From an uncultured bacterium (GTDB lineage: Bacteria > Bdellovibrionota > Bacteriovoracia > Bacteriovoracales > CAZZBM01), in the NCBI GenBank assembly GCA_964652255.1, contig CAZZBM010000001.1, positions 530,985 through 594,984 on the forward strand: 64,000 bases of DNA, written 5' to 3'. Of this stretch, positions 55,243 to 64,000 are shown piece by piece. The notes below the pieces were generated by a model. That model had not been told where the DNA came from, made no database searches, and saw only the letters and a list, made by a program, of their open reading frames with translations. Position 1 is the first letter of the stretch. Every line of letters starts with the position of its first letter. A program made the translations under genes and the position numbers.

Positions 55243-55869
55243 ATGAAGCTATTATTAGTATTTTTACTAGGTTGTGTTTCTGAGTCGAGAAACACACAGT
55301 CGTTAATGGGAGGGTTTTCTATCTCAACAAATAGGATGAAAAAGCCATCTAAAAAAGAATTAAAATTTGTTTTAAACAAAATTGATAATAATTTTTTAGG
55401 TGGAATTTATACTACAGATTCTTTTTTTCAGGAAGCGATGACAAATACAAAATTTACTCTTTTTGCTTTTATAAAAGATAGTGAAGAATGCTTGCTTTAT
55501 TTTAATAAAGAATCTGGCATAAAAAGTTTAGACAATGGAGCCGCTGGATTTCAATTTTCTCTTGAAGAGTTCAAAAAAAATGAAAAATTAGATTTAAGTT
55601 TAAAAGATGATTCTTTTAGATGTAGCACTATGATTGATAAAATAAGTGATGTTGATGAGTTCTATTTTGTTCCTTTAAGTCATGGACAGTACCAAGAAAC
55701 TTATGGTTTAAATACTGTGAAAACAAATTTAAATAATGCTATCAATTCTCAAAAATTAAATCCAATAAAAAATTTTATGAATGAACTTATTTTAGAACAA
55801 ATATCTAATCAAGTGCCATATACAGGAGATTCCTATCAGGGAAATCTGGTTTCTATTAAAAAAAAATGA
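55243..55869 (+). CDS. Hypothetical lipoprotein
   Basis: Shine-Dalgarno AAGGAGA. MKLLLVFLLGCVSES has the lipobox LLGC. Confidence 0.55.
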   Translation: MKLLLVFLLGCVSESRNTQSLMGGFSISTNRMKKPSKKELKFVLNKIDNNFLGGIYTTDSFFQEAMTNTKFTLFAFIKDSEECLLYFNKESGIKSLDNGAAGFQFSLEEFKKNEKLDLSLKDDSFRCSTMIDKISDVDEFYFVPLSHGQYQETYGLNTVKTNLNNAINSQKLNPIKNFMNELILEQISNQVPYTGDSYQGNLVSIKKK

Positions 55870-55881
55870 AATAATAAAAAA

Positions 55882-55923
55882 TATCTTGTCTAGATTTTTG
55901 TTAAAAAAGATTTAGGCAAGATA
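55882..55923 (+). terminator. Candidate terminator hairpin after 55243-55869
   Basis: 14-bp stem (tatcttgtctagat / atttaggcaagata) that is perfect on the plus strand if two G:U pairs are allowed. No clean U tract. Confidence 0.4.
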
Positions 55924-56049
55924 GGTTAAAAGGTTTTTAAAAAAATAAATTTATTGATTGTTCATGTATTGATAATCTATCAAAGATAGTAGACTTTTTC
56001 TAATTTTTTAATAAAAAAATCTGCTATAGGCGGACAAGCTTAGTTGATT

Positions 56050-56391
56050 TTATTCTTTTAAAAATAAGGTAAGAAGATCTTGCTCAATAAAAAAGTCCAG
56101 TGGGATCTCTTTTAGAGGATTTTTAGGACAAAGAAAAAGATTTTTTGTACCATCTCGATTAATGAGTAGTTTTAATGTAAAATTTTTTAAGATTAGATCC
56201 TCATTATCTGATAAAAAGAATAAAATTTTTTTTAAAGAGGGAAGAGTAGCATTGTCCCTATTAAGGAAGGCATCACCAAGAAATAAACAATATTCAGCAA
56301 GGATCATAAGCTGATCTGGTTCTGGAAGTGGACATTTATTTTTATCCTGGGCATCTTCAGGGGGATTATAGATAGGAATAGCATAACCCAT
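56050..56391 (-). CDS. Hypothetical protein whose signal-peptide-like extension (to 56451) lacks a canonical start codon
   Basis: The in-frame upstream sequence KEIIFYILLTTALLALGHSS precedes the track Met. No ATG, GTG or TTG is available there. Confidence 0.4.
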   Translation of the reverse strand: MGYAIPIYNPPEDAQDKNKCPLPEPDQLMILAEYCLFLGDAFLNRDNATLPSLKKILFFLSDNEDLILKNFTLKLLINRDGTKNLFLCPKNPLKEIPLDFFIEQDLLTLFLKE

Positions 56392-56759
56392 GGAGCTATG
56401 ACCTAGTGCTAAAAGTGCTGTAGTAAGTAAAATATAAAAAATAATCTCTTTTTAAGATTAAAAAAAGTCTTAGTCTTATTTAAAAAGACTTACTTTATCT
56501 TATTGTAAGTAGAAAAAAATAAAACTTATTCTTTTAAAAAAGAATTTTATAAAATTGCTCTTGAGATCTTCTTTTCAAATTTTTTAATAGATAGTTTTTT
56601 TATGAAGATAACTAGAAGATTTTCTAAGAGTTGTTTTAAGTACACAATTTGTTAAAAGATAAAGAATAAAATTTGTATTGTTATCATTAAATGTAGAATA
56701 AAAAGCAAGGAACTAAGTTAAAAAGATGAAATTTTAATGAAAAATTAAGGATTTGTTAA

Positions 56760-56792
56760 ATCCAACAACCTTGCTAAGCAAGGCTGTTGGAT
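56760..56792 (-). terminator. Candidate terminator hairpin after lipoprotein gene E
   Basis: 15-bp stem (atccaacaaccttgc / gcaaggctgttggat). Its single mismatch is an A:C on the plus strand but a G:U wobble on the minus strand, which favours a minus-strand RNA structure. Confidence 0.45.
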
Positions 56793-56806
56793 AAATATTT
56801 GAGATA

Positions 56807-57256
56807 TTATAGTTTTTCTATAGTTCCAGCTGAAGTTGTTAGAAGTGGAGATTTTGTTGATGTTCCGTAAGTAAAAGTCTCTGCAGGAACACTAACAGTC
56901 ACATCTGTAAGTGCAGCTGCAGTATTATCAAGGGTCTTACCACCACCAATGCAATCACTATTAGTAGTAGTTATTATGATAGTTCTTGGATCAGTTGTTT
57001 TAGTAGCTGCAGCATTCACAGCAGTCCCAGTAAAGTCAGCATTAGTAGTAGTAAGATTACAAGTTGCAGTTCCTTTTGTAAGTTTTATAGCTACATCACC
57101 TGCTGATGTAGGTGTTACTTTGTCTAAAAAGCCTGTAACGGTTAAGGTTACCAAAGTCCCACTCTTATTGATAGAGACAGAAGATAAAGTGATAGTGGCA
57201 TCATCCTTACAAGATCCTAGTAGTAGAGGTAGTAATAAAGTCATTTTTTTTAACAT
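56807..57256 (-). CDS. Two-cysteine lipoprotein family member E (Thr/Ala-rich)
   Basis: Shine-Dalgarno AAGGAGA. Lipobox LGSC. Pattern TCNLTTT...x35...SDC...VSVPAETF. Confidence 0.65.
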   Translation of the reverse strand: MLKKMTLLLPLLLGSCKDDATITLSSVSINKSGTLVTLTVTGFLDKVTPTSAGDVAIKLTKGTATCNLTTTNADFTGTAVNAAATKTTDPRTIIITTTNSDCIGGGKTLDNTAAALTDVTVSVPAETFTYGTSTKSPLLTTSAGTIEKL

Positions 57257-57359
57257 AAATATATTCTCCTTTTTAATTTTTTAAAATCTTTTTTTATTTA
57301 ACATGATGATAGAATCAAAGTAAATAGATTTTTTTATCACAAGATTTATTATCGATCAG

Positions 57360-58292
57360 TTAAGTAAAAAACTGTAGTAGTGAAAAAAGTTTCTTGGAAG
57401 CTAAAATTTGAACTTCTTGAGTGGTTTTTAAAAGCAGGGGAGAGAGATCTTGCTTGAGATAATCTTGGTAAACCTCTTGAAAAGGAGAAAGTTCTTTTAA
57501 AAGATCCTCGTAAAAAAGATCCTTGGCTTCTTTCCAGGAAAGCTTTGAAGAGTAAATCTTTTCAAGATTTTGCTTGTTGGTAAAAGGCTCATGCAGCTGA
57601 AAAAGAAGAGAAGAAGGGCTTTTTGGCTCCTCAGCAGGAGTTGAATCAGTGGGAATTTTTTGAATTTTTTTATAAAGATCTTCTTTGTTAAAGAAAAGTG
57701 GTAAGGTATTAAGATAACTTTTACTCATCTTTCTTCCATCAAGACCAGGATAAGAAAGGGTAGAAATTTCCCCAGTGGGTAGTGTGAAGAAGGAAGTCTT
57801 TAACTTTTCATTTAGAATCCTAGCTAAATCTCTTGTAATATCTAAATGTTGTTTTTGATCAGGTCCTAAAGGAACATGAGTGGCATCAAAAATAAGAATA
57901 TCAGCAGCCATTAAAACTGGATAAGTAAAAAGACCAGGATTAATACCTTGATCAGGATCTTTGTTCTCACTAAGATTTTTCTCTACAAGACTTTTATAAG
58001 CATGAGAACGATTTAAATGTGATTTTGGTAAATGACAAAGAAGTATCCAAAACAATTCGAAGATTTCAGGGATTTTTGATTGTTGATAAATTTTATGCTT
58101 GTTAAGATTAAAAGCATAAAGAGCAGAAGCAATGGTTTTTAAAGACCCTGGATCATAACTTGTTGTATAACCATGAGCATCTGCTAAAAAAATAAAAGTC
58201 TCACAAGAAGAAGTAAGAAGAGGCTTGATGACCCCTATATAATGCCCAAGATGAAGAGAACCTGAACATTTAATACCTGTAAGTCTTCTCAC
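57360..58292 (-). CDS. trpS: Tryptophan--tRNA ligase
   Basis: Class I motifs: HLGH (the HIGH motif) and KMSKS. Size ~310 aa, typical of TrpS. Confidence 0.88.
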   Translation of the reverse strand: MRRLTGIKCSGSLHLGHYIGVIKPLLTSSCETFIFLADAHGYTTSYDPGSLKTIASALYAFNLNKHKIYQQSKIPEIFELFWILLCHLPKSHLNRSHAYKSLVEKNLSENKDPDQGINPGLFTYPVLMAADILIFDATHVPLGPDQKQHLDITRDLARILNEKLKTSFFTLPTGEISTLSYPGLDGRKMSKSYLNTLPLFFNKEDLYKKIQKIPTDSTPAEEPKSPSSLLFQLHEPFTNKQNLEKIYSSKLSWKEAKDLFYEDLLKELSPFQEVYQDYLKQDLSPLLLKTTQEVQILASKKLFSLLQFFT

Positions 58293-58350
58293 TTAAGCAT
58301 CTTAGGAAAAAGAGATGATTTTTGTCAAGAAATTGTGCTATAGAGTGTGA

Positions 58351-59610
58351 GTGAAAATTGTTAAAATTCTTGAAACAGGTGAAGGTCTCTCTGAAAACAA
58401 TCTATTGGTACCCTTTGTTTTAGAAGGAGAAGAAGTTGAGGTCCTAAAAAAAGGTAAACAAGGAATCTTGAAAAAGATTGTAAAACCTTCTTTGGCAAGA
58501 AGAAATTCTAAATGCTCTCATTTTCAAACTTGTGGAGGTTGTCAGTGGCAACATATCCATTACGAAGAACAATTAAGAATAAAAAAAAGAAACTTAGAAG
58601 AAAAGTTTCAACATATTTTAAAATGGAATCAAGATATTCCTATTCATTCTCAAGAAGAGTGGTTTTATCGTAATAAACTAGATCTTAGTTTTGGCGTGGG
58701 TTTTAATACAGGAGAAAAAGCCATAGGACTTCATCCTAGAGGTGTTTATTCTAAAATTTTAGATTTAAAAGAGTGTTTTATTTTTGATCCAAAATTAGGT
58801 GAATTGCTAACTTTTGTTAAAGAATTAACTCAAGATCAATCTTATTATGAGGTGAAAAAAGAAGAAGGCTTCCTTAGAAATTTAATTCTTAGAAAAGAAC
58901 AAGATCAATGGATGATACTCCTTGTTACTAATGAAAAAAAAGAAACTTGGATTTTAAATTTTTTTCAACAACTTCAAAAAAAAATTTCTTATGTAGTAAG
59001 TTGCTACTGGGCTCTGAATCAAAAAAAAAATGATGCCTTATGGGACTTAGAATTTAAAAAAATTTTAGGACAAGATTATTTAGAAGTGAAAGGTTTTTTT
59101 CTTGGACCTAAATCCTTTTTTCAACCCAATGAAAAAACTCATGAACTTTTTTTTCAACTCGTGAAAGATTTTGTTCAAGCTGAAGAAAAAGATGTTTTAC
59201 TTGATCTTTATTGTGGAGTAGGAACCTTAGGATTAGTGGCAGGGGTGAATCAAATTATTGGTATTGAAAACAATTATGAAGCCATTGAAATAGCTAAAAT
59301 CAATAGCAAGGGAAAAAATGCTCTGTATTTTTGCCAAAGTGCAGAACAATCTCTAAATGAAATTATTCAACAATATAAAATTAATAAAATTATTCTTGAT
59401 CCTCCTAGAGCTGGATTAGAAGATCAGGTGATAAAAATTTTAAATCATTGTTCTGTCAAAGATTTAATTTATATTAGTTGCCATCCCGCCACTCTTTTAA
59501 GAGATTTAACAAAATTAAATTATGAATTAGTAAGAGTTGAAGCTTTGGATCAATTTCCACAAACTCGTCATGTAGAAGTTTTCACTCACCTTAAAAAAAA
59601 AGAGAAGTAA
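58351..59610 (+). CDS. RumA/TrmA-family RNA (uracil-5)-methyltransferase with an Fe-S cluster
   Basis: GTG start. Cys cluster CSHFQTCGGCQWQH, SAM motif DLYCGVGT, and the catalytic region DPPRAG...ISCHPATLLRDL. Confidence 0.85.
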   Translation: MKIVKILETGEGLSENNLLVPFVLEGEEVEVLKKGKQGILKKIVKPSLARRNSKCSHFQTCGGCQWQHIHYEEQLRIKKRNLEEKFQHILKWNQDIPIHSQEEWFYRNKLDLSFGVGFNTGEKAIGLHPRGVYSKILDLKECFIFDPKLGELLTFVKELTQDQSYYEVKKEEGFLRNLILRKEQDQWMILLVTNEKKETWILNFFQQLQKKISYVVSCYWALNQKKNDALWDLEFKKILGQDYLEVKGFFLGPKSFFQPNEKTHELFFQLVKDFVQAEEKDVLLDLYCGVGTLGLVAGVNQIIGIENNYEAIEIAKINSKGKNALYFCQSAEQSLNEIIQQYKINKIILDPPRAGLEDQVIKILNHCSVKDLIYISCHPATLLRDLTKLNYELVRVEALDQFPQTRHVEVFTHLKKKEK

Positions 59611-60859
59611 TCCAAAAATAAATCAAAAGACCAGTAATATCTACAATAGTAGAAATAGCTGGACTGGCTGCTACAGCAGGATCACGTCCAAGGGCATAAA
59701 TACCAAGAGGAATAGCAGTGGCTAAAAAAGTAGAAGTAAGAACTTGAATTAAAATGGCAAAAGAAATAACTTGAGCTAAAAGAAATTGATTAAAAAAAAG
59801 ATAAATACTAATAAAAAGAAAAAGAGAAAGAATGGAACCTAAGAAAAAACCAATTCTAAATTCTTTCCAGAAAATTTTTAAAGTAGAAAGTGATTTTAAC
59901 TCTCCTAAAGAAAGTGATTTAATAATTACTGAAGCTACCTGACTAGCGGAATTACCTCCTGTTGCTGTCATGAGAGGCATAAAAATAGTGAGAAGAGAGT
60001 GATGTTCTAAAAATAAACGATAACGCTCTACAATAAAACTAGAAATTAAACCTACAATAGCAAGAAGAACAATCCAGATAATTCTTTTTTGTAAGTGAGA
60101 AAAAATATTTAAAGACGTGTAGGTCTCTTCACCAGTAGAGACAATCCCCATGAATTTTTCTAAATCTTCTTTTTCTTCTGTTCTAATAACCTCAAAAGCT
60201 TCATCATAAGAAACAATTCCCATGAGTTGTTTTCTGGAGTTGACTATAGGAATAGCTAAAAGATCATACTTTTCAATTTTCTTTGCTACAGATTCTTGGT
60301 CTTCTAAAATATCAGCAAAAATCACTTGATCATGCAGAAGGTCTTTTAAAAGAGTTTTAGCTGGACTTAAAATTAAATCTCTTAAGGAAACAACCCCAAG
60401 AAGCTCTTCTTTGAGATTAACTATATAAAGATAATAAATAAGAATTTTAGATCCTCTTTGATCCTTTCTGAGAGACTCTAAGGCTTGCACCACAGTCATA
60501 TTCTCAGTGAGAGAAACATAATCAGTGCTCATAATACTTCCAGCAGATTCTTCTGGATAAGATGAAAGCTCTAAAAGTTCTTCTTTCAGTTCTTTTTTTA
60601 ACAAAGGAAGTAAATGAAGCTGATCTTCTCTTGAAAGTTTTTGATAAAGATCAATCCTGTCATTAGAATACATGGATTCAAAAAGAGGAATAAAATTTTC
60701 TTGAAGATCTTCAAACAGAAGAAGTTGATCTTCTAAAGAAAGTTTAGAAAAAACTTCTCCTTGAAGCTCCTGTTCAAGACTTAAGAGCTGCTCTTTTTTT
60801 TCCTCTAAAGAAAGAGAAGAGAGTTTTTCTGCTAAGTCAACGGCTAAATGATCATTCAT
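59591..60859 (-). CDS. mgtE: Magnesium transporter MgtE
   Basis: N-terminal helical domain, a CBS pair (IMSTDYVSL, LLGVVSLRDL, LLAIPIVNSRKQLMGIVSYDE) and a five-TM C-terminal domain with ATGGNSASQ. Confidence 0.9.
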   Translation of the reverse strand: MNDHLAVDLAEKLSSLSLEEKKEQLLSLEQELQGEVFSKLSLEDQLLLFEDLQENFIPLFESMYSNDRIDLYQKLSREDQLHLLPLLKKELKEELLELSSYPEESAGSIMSTDYVSLTENMTVVQALESLRKDQRGSKILIYYLYIVNLKEELLGVVSLRDLILSPAKTLLKDLLHDQVIFADILEDQESVAKKIEKYDLLAIPIVNSRKQLMGIVSYDEAFEVIRTEEKEDLEKFMGIVSTGEETYTSLNIFSHLQKRIIWIVLLAIVGLISSFIVERYRLFLEHHSLLTIFMPLMTATGGNSASQVASVIIKSLSLGELKSLSTLKIFWKEFRIGFFLGSILSLFLFISIYLFFNQFLLAQVISFAILIQVLTSTFLATAIPLGIYALGRDPAVAASPAISTIVDITGLLIYFWITSLFF

Positions 60860-60920
60860 CTCTTCTCCAAGTTCTTAATTTTTGTTAAGAATAACAAAAA
60901 GAAATAAAAAGGGGAAGAAT

Positions 60921-61685
60921 ATGTTACTCAAAGGAAAAAAAGCCTTGGTCCTAGGTGCTGCTAATGAACGCTCTATTGCTTGGGCTATTGCTAAAGCTTT
61001 TTACAGAGAAGGCTGTATAGTGGGTCTCACTTATGTGAATGATAAAATTAAAGAAAAAATGGAGTCTTTAATAGAAGAGGTGAAATCTCCTTTTGTTGCT
61101 AAGCTGGATGTAACCAATGAAAATGACTTTGAACAATTAACTTTGCAATTAGAACGATCTTTTCAGGATATTGATATCGTGGTGCATTCTCTAGCTTATG
61201 CAGAAAAAGAAGATTTAGAAAAAAATTTTTCTCTGACAAGTAAAAAAGGATTTCTTCTGGCTCATGAAATCTCTTCCTATTCCTTTATTGAAACTGCTAG
61301 AGTGGTAAAACCTTTTTTAACAGAAAAATCATCTTTAATGACTTTAACCTATTATGGATCTCAAAAAGTAATTCCTCACTACAATGTTATGGGATTAGCA
61401 AAAGCAAGCTTAGAAAGCGCTGTGAGATATCTTGCTTATGATTTAGGTTCTTTTAATATTAGAGTTAATGCCTTATCAGCTGGTCCTATAAAAACTTTTG
61501 CTGCTTCAGCTATTCCAGGTTTTAGTACCCTGCTTAATGAAATGGAAACAAAATCAGTCCTTAAAGAACCCTTAAAATCTTCTCATTTAGCAGATGCAGC
61601 TGTTTTTTTAGGAAGTGATCTTTCACAGTTAATCACAGGTCAAATTCTTTATGTTGATGGTGGACTCTCTATTAGAGGTCTTTAA
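60921..61685 (+). CDS. fabI: Enoyl-[acyl-carrier-protein] reductase (NADH) FabI
   Basis: GAANERSIAWAIA and the Y-x6-K catalytic pair (YNVMGLAKASLE). The ATG at 60921, behind AAAGGGGAAG, is preferred over the track TTG at 60882. Confidence 0.9.
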   Translation: MLLKGKKALVLGAANERSIAWAIAKAFYREGCIVGLTYVNDKIKEKMESLIEEVKSPFVAKLDVTNENDFEQLTLQLERSFQDIDIVVHSLAYAEKEDLEKNFSLTSKKGFLLAHEISSYSFIETARVVKPFLTEKSSLMTLTYYGSQKVIPHYNVMGLAKASLESAVRYLAYDLGSFNIRVNALSAGPIKTFAASAIPGFSTLLNEMETKSVLKEPLKSSHLADAAVFLGSDLSQLITGQILYVDGGLSIRGL

Positions 61686-61715
61686 TTTTAAAATAAAAAA
61701 ATTACTTACACTAAA

Positions 61716-61745
61716 AAGAAGGTGAGTTTATAAACTCACCTTCTT
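61716..61745. terminator. Bidirectional terminator between fabI and groEL
   Basis: 12-bp perfect stem (aagaaggtgagt / actcaccttctt) with a 6-nt loop. A-run upstream, and T/A-rich downstream. Confidence 0.6.
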
Positions 61746-61753
61746 AAAAGAAA

Positions 61754-63385
<1,632 letters not shown>

Positions 63386-63393
63386 TTACTCCT

Positions 63394-63681
63394 TTAATGT
63401 AAAATTCCAAGAAGATCTTCTTCTTTCATGATGAGATACTCTTGTTGTTCAACCTTCACTTCTGTTCCTGAGTACTTTCCAAAAAGAACCTTATCTCCAA
63501 CCTTTACTTCTAAAGGTCTTACCGTTCCATCTTGTAATCTATAACCAGTTCCAACACTTATAACTTCACCCTGAGAAGGTTTTTCTTTGTGATTATCTGG
63601 AATGATAATTCCGCCAGCTGTCTTGGTTTCTTCTTCTAGTCTTTTAACTAGAACTCTGTCTTGCAATGGACGTACATTCAT
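63394..63681 (-). CDS. groES: Co-chaperonin GroES
   Basis: [29 protein letters not shown]. 95 aa, 11 nt upstream of groEL. Confidence 0.95.
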   Translation of the reverse strand: MNVRPLQDRVLVKRLEEETKTAGGIIIPDNHKEKPSQGEVISVGTGYRLQDGTVRPLEVKVGDKVLFGKYSGTEVKVEQQEYLIMKEEDLLGILH

Positions 63682-63815
63682 TGTTTCAAATCTCCTTTTT
63701 ATTTATCTACTCAGCTCAAGATAAGACTTCTTTAAGAAGAGTCAAGGGAAAAAGAGAAAATTTTATACTGAATCTATCTTTTTTATTCTTTCTCTATATA
63801 TAAATAAACTTATCT

Positions 63816-64000
63816 ATGAAAATTATAAAAACCTTATTTTTATTAGGATTATTCATTCAACTGAATATGAATGCTCAACCCCTTTTTACTCCTCAAACTT
63901 ATGAAGAAAATCCAGTAGAAATTTATGATGAAAAACCATCGGTGCCTAAAGAGGTACAAGACGAAGAGCCTAATACTTTTAGTGTGGAAGATATAGATGG
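63816..64000 (+). CDS. Secreted hypothetical protein, 3' end cut by the window edge
   Basis: ATG at 63816. Encodes MKIIKTLFLLGLFIQLNMNA/QP, a signal-peptide-like N-terminus, then an acidic region. The frame is open to the edge. Confidence 0.4.
   Translation, partial: MKIIKTLFLLGLFIQLNMNAQPLFTPQTYEENPVEIYDEKPSVPKEVQDEEPNTFSVEDID

Noticed and set aside
55188-55379. 63-aa minus-strand ORF spanning the junction of two plus-strand lipoprotein genes
   Set aside because: It crosses an intergenic Shine-Dalgarno and start site of a better-supported gene.
51727-57256. Possibility that the lipoprotein island is an integrated mobile element at tRNA-Ala
   Set aside because: No integrase, transposase or phage gene was found. 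I could not find a direct repeat of the tRNA 3' end flanking the region. The tRNA also lies inside the island rather than at its edge.
56949-57284. 111-aa plus-strand ORF antisense to lipoprotein E
   Set aside because: The minus-strand gene has a perfect Shine-Dalgarno, a lipobox and family motifs. The plus-strand ORF is a Val-rich mirror of its Thr/Ala-rich sequence.
59591-60920. Mg2+ riboswitch (M-box) upstream of mgtE, and a glmS ribozyme upstream of glmS (29778)
   Set aside because: The mgtE upstream region is only ~60 nt and is shared with the fabI promoter. glmS starts 1 nt after the preceding gene. Neither leaves room for these RNAs.
63682-63800. Looked for a CIRCE element (TTAGCACTC-N9-GAGTGCTAA) or a sigma32 promoter upstream of groES
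   Set aside because: No CIRCE-like inverted repeat is present. There is a TTGACT hexamer, but no convincing -10 at 16-18 nt, so no promoter call was made.

Overview
Strongly AT-rich, very gene-dense bacterial chromosome segment using the standard code (TGA is a stop, TGG encodes Trp). Many genes are translationally coupled by ATGA or short overlaps.

Layout:
- 1-12.2 kb, minus strand: one compact block, ffs-dnaX-recR-mglA-dksA-rsmH-ftsL-ftsI-murE-mraY-murD-ftsW-murG-murC. There is no mraZ, murF or ybaB.
- 12.2-23.3 kb: accessory-looking region with three leucine-rich-repeat (LRR) proteins, several lipoproteins, an NfeD/SPFH pair, tRNA-Arg(ACG), a rhodanese, nagZ, a DEAD-box helicase and a decayed secreted-protein gene.
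- 23.3-33.7 kb: housekeeping genes gatCAB, pcrA/uvrD, glmS, a GlmU-like protein, lon and cca.
- 33.9-36.5 kb: two tandem paralogous lipoproteins.
- 38.4-51.7 kb: respiratory supercluster. It holds a Rieske protein, a split cytochrome b, an octahaem cytochrome c, coxIII, ctaA, ctaB, coxII, coxI, a second CoxIII-like gene, a dihaem cytochrome c lipoprotein, SCO1 and CoxIV.
- 51.7-57.3 kb: island of orphan two-cysteine lipoproteins around a lone tRNA-Ala(UGC).
- 57.3-64 kb: trpS, a RumA-type methyltransferase, mgtE, fabI and groESL.

Main points for follow-up:
1. A previously unrecognised family of at least 7 modules of surface lipoproteins with a C...C...P-E-G-x-F signature.
2. Four reading frames broken exactly at A/T homopolymer tracts: an LRR protein, a lipoprotein signal peptide, cca, and a decaying gene.
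3. A CGATA(A/G)-N7-8-ATG upstream motif that replaces the Shine-Dalgarno on secreted-protein genes.
4. Apparent erosion of peptidoglycan-precursor enzymes: MurD P-loop Lys to Gln, a GlmU-like protein without the uridyltransferase signature, and no murF in the cluster.
5. mglA-dksA fused to the head of the dcw (division and cell wall) cluster.

The MglA GTPase, the respiratory gene set and the LRR load suggest a low-GC, host- or prey-associated Bdellovibrionota/Oligoflexia-like lineage. That is a guess only. No CRISPR array, transposase, integrase or rRNA was seen. All calls come from by-eye motif reading, with no database search.
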